A stretch of DNA of 64,000 nucleotides from Octopus bimaculoides (taxonomy: Eukaryota). The stretch covers positions 104,464,091-104,528,090 of the forward strand of contig NC_068984.1 of NCBI RefSeq assembly GCF_001194135.2, written 5' to 3'. The first letter of the stretch is position 1, and each line of letters begins with the position of its first letter. Shown here one piece after another: positions 38,629 through 52,460 of this stretch. The position numbers were made by a program, and so were the translations under genes. The notes below the pieces were generated by a model. That model was given only the letters and a program-made list of their open reading frames with translations. It made no database searches and had not been told where the DNA came from.

Positions 38629-39493
38629 TTGTATATATATATATNNNNNNNNNNNNNNNNNNNNNNNNNNNNNNNNNNNNNNNNNNNNNNNNNNNNNNNN
38701 NNNNNNNNNNNNNNNNNNNNNNNNNNNNNNNNNNNNNNNNNNNNTGTGTATACAACCTTCAACAAAATAAGTCATGTATACAACTTGAACAGACACATAC
38801 CAGTATATAAACACACATTCACATGAACATACATATGTACACACACAAAGACCCATCTACACACTTACCTAAATACTCACGTACGTACATAAGTACATAC
38901 ATACATACATATATACATATACACATACATACGTACATATATATCATGAACTAACTGTTACTTTCTCAGATGCAGCACAGAATTTTATCAGTGATCAGGT
39001 CGCGGTCTCAAAGTGACGAAAATATTTTGGCAAATTAAATTTAAACGTTGAGGTGAATCTAACAGTTTTTGTGTGTTTTTAANNNNNNNNNNNNNNNNNN
39101 NNNNNNNNNNNNNNNNNNNNNNNNNNNNNNNNNNNNNNNNNNNNNNNNNNNNNNNNNNNNNNNNNNNNNNNNNNNNNNNNNNNNNNNNNNNNNNNNNNNN
39201 NNNNNNNNNNNNNNNNNNNNNNNNNNNNNNNNNNNNNNNNNNNNNNNNNNNNNNNNNNNNNNNNNNNNNNNNNNNNNNNNNNNNNNNNNNNNNNNNNNNN
39301 NNNNNNNNNNNNNNNNNNNNNNNNNNNNNNNNNNNNNNNNNNNNNNNNNNNNNNNNNNNNNNNNNNNNNNNNNNNNNNNNNNNNNNNNNNNNNNNNNNNN
39401 NNNNNNNNNNNNNNNNNNNNNNNNNNNNNNNNNNNNNNNNNNNNNNNNNNNNNNNNNNNNNNNNNNNNNNNNNNNNNNNNNNNNNNNNNNNNN

Positions 39494-39530
<37 letters not shown>

Positions 39531-39866
39531 TTGTGTGTCTGTGTTTGTCCCCCCCACCATCGCTTGACAACTGATGCTGGTGTGCTTACATCCCCGTAAC
39601 TTAGCATTTCGGCAAAAGAGACCAATAGAATAAGTACTGGGCTTACAAAGAATAAGTCCTTGGGTCGATTTGCTCGACTAAAGGCGGTGCTCCAGCATGG
39701 CCTCAGTCAAATGACTGAAACAAGTAAAAGAGTAAAGAGTAAAGAGTATATATATACCACAACAACAACAACCAAGCCACCACCACCACCATCATCATCA
39801 TTTGTTCATACTCATTTTTTCTTGCTTGCATGGGTTTGCCAAGTATCCTCTACCGTAGCATCTCAC

Positions 39867-39941
39867 CATTTGTTGCAGACTTTTGTCATCTCCTTTGTGT
39901 GATTCATAGTTTCTTCTCATGTCTTCCTTAGTCTTCCTCTT
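39867..39941 (-). CDS. Candidate coding exon (KRKTKEDMRRNYESHKGDDKSLQQM)
   Basis: Acceptor gttacatcatttgcag|AAG, donor ATG|GTGAGA, 75 nt. Phase 0 is the only open frame. Confidence 0.5.
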
Positions 39942-41944
39942 CTGCAAATGATGTAACACACATACACATTCATACACACACACACACTCCTTACACTGTA
40001 ATGACAACATAACACTGAGTGAGAGGCAGAAAACATTCTGCTTTTCTGGTACAATATTTAACACATTTAAAAGCACCAGACATGGTTTAACATCAAAAAT
40101 ATTAGGTTATTTACTGAGTTATACAATGATTTTCTGGCTTTAAATCAATATTTTTCAAATGGATTAGGAATCATTTACTTTTGGGATTTACTAATTAATT
40201 TTTATAGCTTTTGTCATCTGTCTATCCAAACTGAACAAGAACTAGCAATTTGGATATGCCAGGGATGTACCATGATTGGCATGATCCTGAAGTATGTATA
40301 CTGTTAGGTCAGAGCAGATACAGCAGATGAGACAGAGTGAAGAAACACTGTGTCTATGGTCTCATACTTGAAGTGAGTCTTTGTTACTGTTGTCTAGCTC
40401 CAGATCATCTCTGGTGGGGCAGGCTCATGTTCAAAGATGATCCAGCCATGACTACCCAACTTTTTATGGATACAGTGCACCCAAGGCCACATTACTCAAT
40501 GCAATATTTTTCTCCTAAAGATGGCTGAGTTTGATTTTAGGGATATTTGGCTGCTGTTTTTTAGCTAGTAGAAGGACTATCTAGAGTAGAGATTCCTGTT
40601 TTACTCGGTTGGACCCTCATAGCCATTCAATATTCAAAAAAATTCAATAATATTTTTATAATTAAATATTATTAGGAATTGTGTAAAAATCTTTTTAAAA
40701 TGTCTTGTATATTGAAGAAGTATAACCAATTTCTTGCACATAAACTTCAACAAAATCTCATGTCATCCCCCAAAGGTCATATGGAGCCCAGTTGAAGACC
40801 ACTGGTCTAGAGGCCCCAGTAAATTAGCCAGATGCCTCTTTTGGATATTGTACAGAATGTTTTAGTGTATGGAGTAGAAGCAACATCTTAGGCAGCAACA
40901 ACACTCTCATATGACGTGTACTTGGAGAAAAAGAGAGAGAAGGGGGAATAATTGTTCCAAGTGTCTTTTCTGCATTTTCTGGTCTTGAAGAGTAATGTTA
41001 TAGAAATGGGATCACCATGAAAGATCATCTGAAATTATGAGGCCAAGTATTTGTAGAGAATTTAATGGTTTAGCTTGTGTTGTTGGTAATGTGGTGGAAT
41101 TGTTTCTTCGATGTGTTTTAGTTCTGTTGAAAGTAACTACTGGAAGATATGTTTATTGAGGTAGTCAAAGTCTTGTATGTAGTGTCTAGGTTGGATTGTA
41201 TAATGGGATGTGCAGGAAGTGTGGTGTTGGAAGTCTTAACAGGAATGTCGGTAATATTTCAAAAGAAATATGAGGGTGGTACACCAGAGCTGACAGAATG
41301 TAGGACAAAGAGAATTATTTCCAGCATTCAGATACAAGAGATGAGAGACAACATAAGATGCCATTGGAAAGCAACTTTGTAAGAAAATCCTTATACTGGA
41401 TATAGTTGAAGTATAAACAGTTGTCAAGGAAAATAAGATTGTTTGGGCTAAAATTCTCAAAAGCAAGAGATGTAGGAAACCAAATATCTGGTATATATGG
41501 CTCTATGAGAACTATATTGATAGTTGTTAAGGAGAGGGAAAGCTACTCAAAGAGATAAAAGGAAGTTCATGACTATGTACATCAGCTTTGAAATGTTGGA
41601 AATGAGGGTGATGGACCAATAGTTGTCAGGGTTAGAAAGATTGCTTCATTTTGAGGATTAAATGTGTCTTTCAATAGTTTGAGACTAATGAGGGAAATCA
41701 AAGTTTATTGAGGATTGAAACTGTCTTAGGGACACATTGTTTGGTGTGGGTGGAGATAAAACATAGTGGAAAGTGTTATTTCAACTATGAAATTAAAATG
41801 ATGATGTATTTTATCTGGCAAAACCACATACACACCCATTTATTTTACACATAATCACTAATGGGATAGTAGATGAGTGTTTTACTTTAAAAAGTTTAGA
41901 GTTGTGAAGTCATGGGGCTGAAACAGAACATTGCTCACAGCTCT

Positions 41945-42300
41945 CTCTCTTTTACTTGTTTCAGTCATTTGACTGTGGCCATGCTGGAGCACCACCTTTA
42001 GTTGAGCAAATTGACCCCAGGACTTATTCGTTGTAAGCCTAGTACTTATTCTATCGGGGACGTAAACACACCAGCATCAGTTGTCAAGCGATGTTGGGGG
42101 GACAAACACAGACACACAAACACACATATATATATACATATACATATATACGATGGGCTTCTTTCAGTTTCCGTCTACCAAATCCACTCACAAGGCTTTG
42201 GTTGGCCTGAGGCTATAGTAGAAGACACTTGCCCAAGGTGCCACGCAGTGGGACTGAACCCGGAACCATGTGGTTGGTAAGCAAGCTACTTACCACACAG
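41945..42300 (-). mobile_element. Octopus OR-type SINE, near full-length
   Basis: Reverse complement of the same head, core and tail. Confidence 0.85.
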
Positions 42301-43446
42301 AAATTTTAACTGATCCAATTAACTAATACTTTAGCATTCAGATTACTCTGTCAAATGGAATGCTTATTTATTCACACTGTTTTGAATTCATCCTGCATTA
42401 TCTTGTTGCCTTGAGATTTCAATTATGTGACTGTTTATTTTTGTAGGGTAGGTGTGAGAGGCTGGATCAGGCCAGTTTGAACATAAAACAGGTAAATATT
42501 TTGTTCGAATATGATCAGCTTAAATGTTAAAGGGTTAAGGAATTTATCTATTTAATATGGATAATCTTTGTTAATCTCAAAGAGTATTTATTGGGGAATT
42601 GACGAAATTTTGTCAGTTGTTCTGACCAAGATTGTTTGAATGATAATTTTTGTTCTAGAGTGAAACTTTTCACCACTTACTTCTCTCAAGATTTGTTATT
42701 AATTTGTCAATATACAGTTTGTTGTCATAGTTCAGATATATGTAGCACAGATATATCTCCCCTACTAATGGTAAACTTCTGTTTTAGTGCTTATTATGTA
42801 TATTTAATTCATGAAGGCTTGAGATAAATCTACAAGTATTACATTGTTAGTGGAGGTTTACAATCATACCCACATGTTTTGTTGAAAAAAATTTCTTAAT
42901 AAAAATATAATCTTAGAAATACTTTTTGACAGAAATAATAAAATTTTCTAAAAATTCCATTACATGCATCAGATGAAAGCATTAACTCAGGGACCTTATG
43001 GTAAATATCTTAGATTTCATGATTAGCTATTTACTTTTCTATTTGATAGAAATGCTGTTGCAAAAATATATTTCATGTTAAATAAACACTCAGTATCTAT
43101 CATCACAACTTCAACATACATTTTCCCTTGTTAAGCACCCCCCCCCCCNNNNNNNNNNNNNNNNNNNNNNNNNNNNNNNNNNNNNNNNNNNNNNNNNNNN
43201 NNNNNNNNAAAAAAAACCAAAGCCAAAAAAAAAAAACAAACACTATTTTTCCTTCTCATGTTATGACCAGTGATGAATGCAGATGTTAGAAAGTTCAAAT
43301 CCTGCTGAGTTTACTTTCTTTTCAGAACACCAGTACCAGGACCAACAAAATAATTTACTAAAATTGAGTTGATTCTATGCATTGTATGTATATGCTTGCA
43401 CAACAATACACACTATATTCAGCATGTGTCATTGCAGGGGTAAATG

Positions 43447-43491
<45 letters not shown>

Positions 43492-44622
43492 GAATAGATA
43501 GGGATAAAGTATCCAGGTGAGTATCATTTGAATACTCAGTTATAATCCAGATTATGGCTAACTGTATCAAGCTGTAAGGAGTATCTAGGATTACTTAAGA
43601 TAAGCAATCCTAATGTAAATCCTGAATTCATTTTGCAGGATAATAAATATTTTACCAAGTGTATGTCCAAGACAATTACAGTGAATACGGAGATTAGTAT
43701 GTCTGCATATTTTTTTATTTCTACAGTCAATTGTACAACATATTTGATTTAAATGTGCCTGATACATGTTCCTGCTGCATAGACATTTTGAAATTGCATT
43801 TGCATCCTCTTACTTTTGACTGGTTATTAGTCTATGTAACTTTATTTAAAGCTCATCCACTGACATGGTTTGAAGCGAACTAAGTGTATGTAATTTTAGC
43901 TAGTATTATATTTGGTAAGTGACACTATAAGAGATACTGTCTGGGGAGGAATACCACAGTTAATTAGGCTATTACTGATACAGCTACTTTAAGTATGAGT
44001 ACTGTTGGTAATATGGAATTCAGTGCAACCTGTTGCATGATTGAACTGTCAATAACAAAACTGGTACCCCCACTAGGCTTGCCTGGTGAGGAGGGTTGCT
44101 AAAAACCCAACAGGACTAAAAACAAGACCTGTCAAAAGGACAGATGAACCTAGTGTAGGTTTAATAACTAACTAGCAATAGCAAGGGTCCTCAGAAATTC
44201 TGGGTTTGTGTCTGGCATGCTGGAAGATCACTAGGAATGAGGTACTCCTCAGCTTTTGTTAAAGCATGTCTATAGGAGAATATATATATAAGACCAGATA
44301 TGCAGGGAGTAGCATTGAATATTTTGGGTACCTTTTGTTTGCACTTGAAATCATGGCACGCCTACATTCCTAAGCCTGTGACCCATATTGGTAATGGATA
44401 TCTTGCCCTGGTTTGTTTCTGGATCATGTTAGTAGGGTGCAGAGAGTCTGTGAGGTGTTCTGCAAGCCTTATTGGGCCTAAAAGTTTAGGTTGTGCAATT
44501 GTCTCAAATGCAAATCCAGGTGAAGTCAACTGCAGGTGTAATAGCCTTGTGTATGGTCATTGCATGGTCATTTTGCATGGGCAGTGGTCAGTGATGGTCT
44601 TCCTTGGTCACAAGTGGACAGC

Positions 44623-44655
<33 letters not shown>

Positions 44656-44676
44656 ATGTGTACGTGTGTAAATACT

Positions 44677-44901
44677 GAGCATAATATTAATTAATGAGTG
44701 ACAAAAGAACAGGAGTGTCAAAATCACTTTCATTAGCTTACAACTGTTTCTGCTGTAAGAATCATTGTACTCAGAGCTGAGTGCTCATGCAACATTTTAT
44801 GGCTTCCTTGGAGCCATTTATATGAAATAAACGTTTATTGTGGAACCATTGTGATTACATGACTCCTGTTCTTTTCTCATTCATTAATTGATATTATGCT
44901 C
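44677..44901. repeat. Inverted repeat, ~40-bp arms
   Basis: gagcataatattaattaatgagtgacaaaagaacaggagt / actcctgttcttttctcattcattaattgatattatgctc. Confidence 0.8.
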
Positions 44902-45039
44902 TGTACTCACCTGACACTTTATTCTAAAGTATAAGTATATTGATGTATAACAAGTGGTATTTAGTATTGCTATACCTAATTGAAATCGTAATATATATCA
45001 TCCAGTCAGGCTGATTGCCCTGGTCAGCCTGACTACCTC

Positions 45040-45750
45040 TCTCCATCTCTCCTGATCTTCCATTAGTGTTTTTAGGTCTTCAACTTGGCATCCAACATCT
45101 TCTGCAAGCTGTTGTATATATGTCTTCCATGGTCTTCTAGCCGCTGTGGTACCATGATTTGGTATTCACAGCAACACTTTACTCACAAGTTCTTCTTTAC
45201 TTCTCCAGCAGGGGCCAGCAAACCTCAATCTCCGCTCTTGGATGGTTGATGAGAAAGTTGGTACATTCCCATATAATCGTTATTTTGTTGGGTGCTCCCT
45301 CCAAGAGATGTTGAGCACTGCACGTAACATTCTGGTGTAGGTACCATCCGGCATGCACCTGAGTCTCTTGGTGAGAGTCCAAGTTGGAGATCCATATACA
45401 AGCACAGTTTCAACAACTGCTCTGAAGAACTGTCTCTTCAATTTATCTGGTAGGGTTGACTTCCATATTGTTTTAAGACCGTCTATAGCTGCCCATGCTT
45501 TAACAACACGAGATTCAATATCTTTTTCAGTGGACACGATATTGCTGCCTAGGTAAGCAAACATGTTGATATTTTCAAAGGGCTTCTGTTTGAGGTCATG
45601 ATTTTGCCTATTGTGTTCAGGGTGATAAACTCTGTCTTCTTTTCATTCACATATAGTCCTATGTTAGCAGCAGCATTTTCCAGGAGATGGAGTAAATGTT
45701 CAGTATCTTTTGTGTTATCTGCTAAGAACACTATGTCATCAGCGTAATGT
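45040..45750 (-). mobile_element. RTE-clade LINE 3' RT fragment
   Basis: YADDIVFLADN...GLYVNEKKTE; FAYLGSNI...LVYGSPTWTLTK...YTRMLRAVLNISWREHPT. Confidence 0.85.
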
Positions 45751-45915
45751 TTATATTTATACTTATATTTATACCTACATGATAGTTGAGATCAGATACA
45801 TTATAATGTTTATATATAGGCATTCATGTGTGTATGTATGCGTGACTGTATGTCTGTATGTATAAATGTATGTACATATGTATGAATGTTTTTTATTTTT
45901 ATCATTTTTGTCAGC

Positions 45916-45954
<39 letters not shown>

Positions 45955-46287
45955 GCACACATATATATCTATATATATATGTATATATTCTTTGTGCAAA
46001 TGTATTACATTTACAATAATGATAAGGGAAAATGATTGGTGAATGTTATATAGGTTGGAAATAGTTATAATGTCTGGATTTTCGTGTATTTTCTATTTCA
46101 TGTTGTCTTTCACTATTGCAACATTGGCAGCAGTTTTTAATATCCGAAAACCTAACTGATTCCTACAAAAAGGTCAATGAAAACATTATAATGTGTCTGA
46201 TCTCAACTGTCATGTACATAAAAATATAAAAACAAAAGTTGAAGAAGAATGAAATAAAAGAAACAAAAAGCAAGAGAGAGAAAGATA

Positions 46288-47172
46288 TATCCGTAGTCTG
46301 ACCAATAAGTATCCGGACTGTTGCCATAGTAACGAAGCTAAAGCACTCAGAGTAAAACCACTTGGCACACATTGATCTTGAACTCTGCTGTGCATGTACA
46401 CTAAGTTTTAACATTCTAGCACACTTCTGCTGTTTACAGTAGTGCTTGGAAAGAAGGTGTGTAGCATATGATCGTCACTTTGACCATGACAAAGAAAGTT
46501 AAGCAGAGAATCTGCATCAAATTCGGCCAAAAGATTGGCAATACCTGCTCAGTGGCCTATGCAAAGTTTTCAAAAAGTTTTCATCATTCTCAACACAATC
46601 AAGGCGATCTCATGCAACTGATACCCAAGTGTCTTTTTGATTAGCTGAAGGCAGTTTTGGTACAAACTTGGCAGATACACGTCTTATACCCAAATCTTCA
46701 GTGATAATGGACTGAACTGAACTGTAACTAATCTGCACATCCTCTGATAACTCATGGGTGGTGATTCGATGATTTCCCCTCACAGCTACATGCACATCTG
46801 TGATGTTTTTCTCAGTTTTGCTGGTTGCAGATCTCCCAGAACATTCGTCAGTATCAACATTTTTTCAGAACCACTTGTACACTTGTGAGTGGCTCATACA
46901 CTCCTCTCCATACACTTTCTGCAACCTTGCGTAGGCCTCTGAGCAGGTATTACCATGACAACTTTCTCTGTCATGGTCAATAATGCAATGATCATATGCT
47001 ACACACCTCTTTTCCAAGCACTGCTGTAAACAGCTGAAGTGAGCTAGAATGTTAAAACTTAGTGTGCATGCACTGCAGAGTTCAAGGTCAATCTGTGTTG
47101 AGTGGATTCACTCTGCATGCTTTAGTTTCGTTACTATGGCAACAGTTCAGACACTTATAGATCAGACCTCAT
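46288..47172. mobile_element. Mariner-derived foldback element (two inverted 5' ends)
   Basis: Long inverted arms (gtctgaccaataagtatccggactgttgccatagtaacgaagctaaagca... / ...tgctttagtttcgttactatggcaacagttcagacacttatagatcagac). Transposase N-terminal pieces on both strands (QRICIKF on +; RITTHELSEDVQISYSSVQSIITEDLGIRRVSAKFVPK on -). Confidence 0.8.
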
Positions 47173-49003
47173 ATATATATATACATATGCTTTCGGTGCA
47201 AGTCTGTTGTTAAGGAGACCAAAGAGAAATAGGGTAATAGTGAAATAAAAGTCATTTGTGGCAAAGGAAATGAATAAGATGTATGGAACAAAATGTTGAA
47301 ATCAAAGACAGGAAGAAAAGGGGTAAGGTATGAAAGGCTAGAGTATAAAGGAGCAGAAATAACTTGAACATGGAGAGGGTGAGGAATGAAATATGAAGGT
47401 GGGAAAATGAAAAGAATAAGCAGGAGTAGCAGCAGTAGCAGAATTATTAAAATAAATAAGAAAAAAGTGACAACTTGGACTTAAAACAGCAAAGTTGAAT
47501 ATTGTACACTAAAAATGAAAGGCAAAATAACATCTTGATTCCTTACAATTAGAGTCCACATTGAGCTTTTTGATAGAAAAAGAAAAAAAGAAAAGAAAAG
47601 AAAAAGAATTTATTGCTTCAGTTAGAGTATTTTAATAGTCATCTGATCATATCTTTGAAAATCACACACTTGATAGAATAGAGTTGATAAGAGCTTAATG
47701 GATTGGTATTTCTCTTCTAGTAATATATTTTGGTTTTAGAATGTATATTGTGATTCCAGCTTTGATGCTAGTAACACCTAAATAATCATATGTAAAACAT
47801 ATAACGGATTAGTGGATACTTATGAAGAAATAAATTAGATTATGTAAATTCTGTAATCTTCAAAGAAATAATTCTCTTTCCTTTTAGATGGTAAATGCTG
47901 ATTCAATAATTCTTATGTTCTTGGGGCTTAAGAGAAACATTGGTGCCACGAGGAAGGCTTAATGCTAAGAGGACCCCCCCCCCCAAAAAAAAAACTGCTC
48001 CTCTTTCCCAAACCATCTAGCACATAGTTCTATAGAATTTCAACTGAATTGTCAGCACTGTTATTGCAGCTGCCATCATTCATGTGTCCATGACCATGAC
48101 CACCACACCTCCATAAACATTATGATCAAGATTATCTGTTGTATGTACAGGTATTATATACTGGTTCATGGGTTGAATGGCTCTGTTATACAGAAAATGC
48201 TATGCATCTTCATCTCCTAAAACTCACAACATTTGCACTGCTTCTATTAACAAGAATATTTAATCATTTAATCATTTTACCTCAAGATTCAGTTGTATAA
48301 TACAAATGTTAGATCTATTTTCAAGCAGTAGTTACATTTCAGTCAACTGCATCCAATACTCTCAAAATACCTGGAACATATTATTGCTCACTAAGTGAAA
48401 TGATGTAAAATTAAGGAATCTGCACAGAAACAGAATTAATTGCTTGTAACACAAAAGATATAGGAAATTTTATACTTTTCTCACTCAATTATTTTGAATC
48501 TACAGAACAACTATGACATTTTAATTTTTATAGAATATATTCTTATCCTCCAATGAGTTTAATTTTAAATTACAATGTTGCAGTAAAATAAACTTTAGAC
48601 TCAATTGTCACAGCTAACATTATTATTATTATTATTAAAATCTCTACACATATGGAATCAATAATACATCTCAAATAAGAAATCAGTTCAGTATTTTTAG
48701 AGCATCACTAGTTCTTATAGGCTGGCTAGGGTAATTATTGTCATTTCAACTTAATGAAGGCTCATGTTTTCTGAAGAAATATGTTTTTGATAACTGGATT
48801 CTCTGGTTTATGTACTCCCCATTTTTTTTCCTTTATGAAAAGTTTCATTCTCTTTTTAGTAAATAATTTTGTATTAATGAAAATTAAGTAAGAACTGGAC
48901 CAAAGTGAAGAATGATCAAGCATCACATCAATTTTAATCAATTTGAAAAAAAAAAAAAAACTGTCAACCAAATTTTTAATTTGAAGTCATAAATATGTAT
49001 ATA

Positions 49004-50236
49004 CAGGAGTTGGACAAAATAATGGAAACACCTGGCATCAAAGCATCATAATTTTGAAATATCTATAAAACCGTCAAAAGCATGTTTATTTTTATGTTTT
49101 TTGATATATTATTAGCGTTGTTTAATATGTTTTGCGAAAATTGCTGTTTCTTTTCAGATATCATCAGAAAAAGTTTATTAAAATTCATTAAAATGACATC
49201 TGTTGGACTTTCAAAGAGGCCAAATTGTTGGTGCTCATATGGCAGGCACTAGCGTAATGAAAACAACCAAAATGTTTGGTATATCAAGAAGTACTGTCTC
49301 GAGAGTTATGACAGCCTTTGTGAAAAGAGAGAAAAACCTACTCGCTGAAACAAAACTCTGGAAGAAAACCAAAACTTTCAGATAGGGACTGTTGGACTCT
49401 TACATGAATTGTTAGAAAGGATCACAAAAGTACAGCTCCCAAAATTACTGCAGAGCTTAGTGGCCAACTCAAGAACCCAGTTTCCACAAAAACTGTTCGC
49501 TGGGAGCTGCACAAAGCTGGATTTCATGGGAGGGCTGCAATCAGAAAACCACTACTTTCAAAAACAACTGTTGCAAAGCATTTAGAGTGGAGTAAAAACC
49601 TACAGAATTGGTCCCTAGAGCAGTTGAAGAATGTTATTTTCTTGGACATGTCATCCTTTACCTTATTTCCGACCACCGGCCAAGTATACTTGCGGAGACA
49701 GCCAAAAGAAGCATTTGACCCAGACTGCCTTCTTCCAACTGTTAAACATGGAGGAGGATCTGTGATGATCTGGTTGGCTATATCTTGGAAATCCGCTGGC
49801 CCAATGGTTTCCCTTCATGGCAGAATTAATAGTCAAGACTATTTAAGCATTTTATCTGATTAAATTCATCCTATGGTTGCAGAACTTTTACTGGAAGGAA
49901 ATGCAATCTTTCAGGATCATAATGCACCAATTCACACAACTAAAGTAGTTGCTGAATGACATGAGGAACATTCTAGTGAAGTTGAACATGAACGTTTATG
50001 GTGCATTTTAGAAAAATAAGTAAGGAGTCGATATCCTCCACTATCATCACTACAAGAACTGGAGACTGTTTTTGCTGAAGAATGGACAAAAATTCCTTTG
50101 GAAACAATTCAAACTTCATACAAGTCCATACCTCGTAGAATTCAAGCTGTAATTACTGCCAAAGATGGTTCTATCCCATATTAAAATTAATTTGCTTGAA
50201 ATTTTAAGGTGTTTCCATTATTTTGTCCAACCCCTG
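49004..50236 (+). mobile_element. Tc1 transposon, full-length 1233 bp, defective transposase
   Basis: 30-bp TIRs with 1 mismatch (CAGGAGTTGGACAAAATAATGGAAACACCT / AGGTGTTTCCATTATTTTGTCCAACCCCTG) and TA on both sides. DFQRGQIVGA...PTVKHGGGSVMIW...FQDHNAPIH, with stops and frameshifts. Confidence 0.95.
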
Positions 50237-50369
50237 TATATGTATGTGTGTATGTATGTTTTCTTCTTGATTATTTTAAGTCTTCTTGTAAGAAAAGAGT
50301 TGGTTTCTAACAAAGATACAAATCTTCACTGTTGGAATGGTGATAACAAAAACAAGCTCACATTTTGAG

Positions 50370-52460
50370 CAGGAGAAAAGTCTTGCATATTTTTACTGTT
50401 CCACATACAAATTGTATTTGTAATATGTCATCTGGTTGATTCCTTATCTTGAAAATCCCCAGTTTTTCTAGATTGTCGCTTAGGCATTTACTAACAAAAC
50501 CAAGTGCACCAATTATTGTTGGTATAAATGTTAATTTATAATCTTAGTATTGACTATTAATTCTGCCATGAAGGGAAGCCATTGGGCCAGAGGATTTTCA
50601 AGATATAGCTAATCAGATCATCACAGATCCTCCTCCATGTTTAACAGTTGGAAGAAGGCAGTCTGGGTCAAATGCTTCTTTTGGCTGTCTCCACAAGTAT
50701 ACTTGGCCGGTGGTCGGAAATAAGGTAAAGGATGACTTGTTCGAGAAAATAGCATTCTTCCACTGCTCTAGGGACCAATTCTGTAGGTTTTTATTCCACT
50801 CTAAATATTCTCTTTCACTTTGATTTTTGAAGAAATATTTATATTAGGGCAGAGATCTCTATGATGGTACATACTTTTCTTGTCTGTTCTAAACAATGAT
50901 ATACGACATGTTATGTTCGCACTTGATAGAAGTTTTGATGGGATCGTTTCACCAATATCCCTTGTGCTGATGTTTATGTATGTATTCAACAAAGTGTGTG
51001 TGTGTTTTTGTGTGCAGGGTGGGGTGGTTCACTATATTTAACCCAGGACAGTCTTTTTTGGGGATCGCATTGCATATTGTTTTAGTGACAATATCAAATT
51101 GCATGAGAGGTAGTTTAGCGATGGCATTATTGGGCAGTTGCTTATCACATGTGTGATGTCTTTCACATAAGCAAGTTCAGTTGCATTTTAGGGCTCTAAG
51201 AGCTTTACTGTCTCTTTAGTTCATGGGGTATTTTGTAGTAATTTCCTGCTTTTGGAGTGCAAAAACATAGCTTTTGAAGTGTGATATGATGTTGCAGTGC
51301 CAAGTTCAAGACAGGTTGCACTTCATGCCAATATTAATGTTGTCTTCAGGTTTTCAGGAAGTATATCCATGCATAGTGTCTTTTGATATACTGAACATTT
51401 CACATCCACGTCTCCTTTGAAGTATGTTAGCCCAGCTGTTTTGAAGTTGTATAAGAGGTCATCAGGAAGAGTGCTTCCTAAGAAGCTCATTACTTAACAC
51501 ATAGAATGGTGTTCCCTTTGCTTTTCAGCACTAGGCTTTAGGCTTATGTATTTATTTTTGCTGCTGTTGTTTAGCAGTTGCCTTCTAAGAGATACTGTTC
51601 AACATTTGAAGGCTGTCAGCACTGATCTCATGCCTCTACCTCCTTAATCTTCTCTTTGATAGAGACTGTCAATATCACTGTTTCTGTGGAAGTTTCCAGT
51701 TGTTGTCAGGATCTTGTGGATTTTAATATCTATGGAGTGGATTTCCTTTACAAACCAGTTAAGTATCCTAAATGTTGGTATCAGCACTGATGCTGCAAAT
51801 GCAGTGTGGAAAAATGTCTTTTTGTAAGAGAAGAGTTCTGACTGCTATATTTTTCTAAGACTGGTGTAATATTCTTGAGTAACTCTAGCTTTATTCACAG
51901 CACCTCAATAGAGCAGGTGAGAAGAGAAACCATTGGGGCACAAGTTTTGTGTCTGGGTAACTAATTTTCCACGTTCAACAATTAAATATCTTCTTTTGAC
52001 CAAATTGCATTCCTATATTATCTAAAACTGTTGTTATGAAGTTCAGCTGTTTTGGGGGCATTGTAAACATTTTTAGTATAATTCTTCAGTTCATCCACAT
52101 AGAAATTGTGGGTTACATTGGTATATCTAACAGTTTCAAATCCTAGCATGAGCCATTAAATTTGTGTTGCAGAAATGATAATGGATTTAATGACAAGATA
52201 AACAGAATTACAGAAAGACTATCTCCTTGAAATATTCTCTTAGAAATATTTATATCATCAGAGACAATCATTCCATTCTGAACCACAATGGATCATCAAG
52301 CAAAGGAACACTTTATTGCATTATGATACAGAGATAATTAGACATTTGATCTCTGTAATATAATGCAATTAAGTGGTTCTTAGATGATCTATTATGGTTC
52401 AGAATCCAACAGCCCTTGGAACATCCAATGCAGAAGTTGCAATTAACCACAGTGGTGAAA
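50370..52460 (-). mobile_element. R4/Dong-like non-LTR retrotransposon remnant (RT plus REL endonuclease)
   Basis: IFQGDSLSVILFILSLNPLSF...THNFYVDELKNY (RT); DIDSLY..GGRGM; VFALQKQEI; C-terminal IPTIIGALGFV...GTVKICKTFL. Interrupted by a Tc1 fragment. Confidence 0.75.
50549..50808 (-). mobile_element. Internal Tc1 transposase fragment without TIRs, inverted relative to the neighbouring Tc1
   Basis: Reverse complement of ~49578-49838, with scattered substitutions. Confidence 0.9.
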
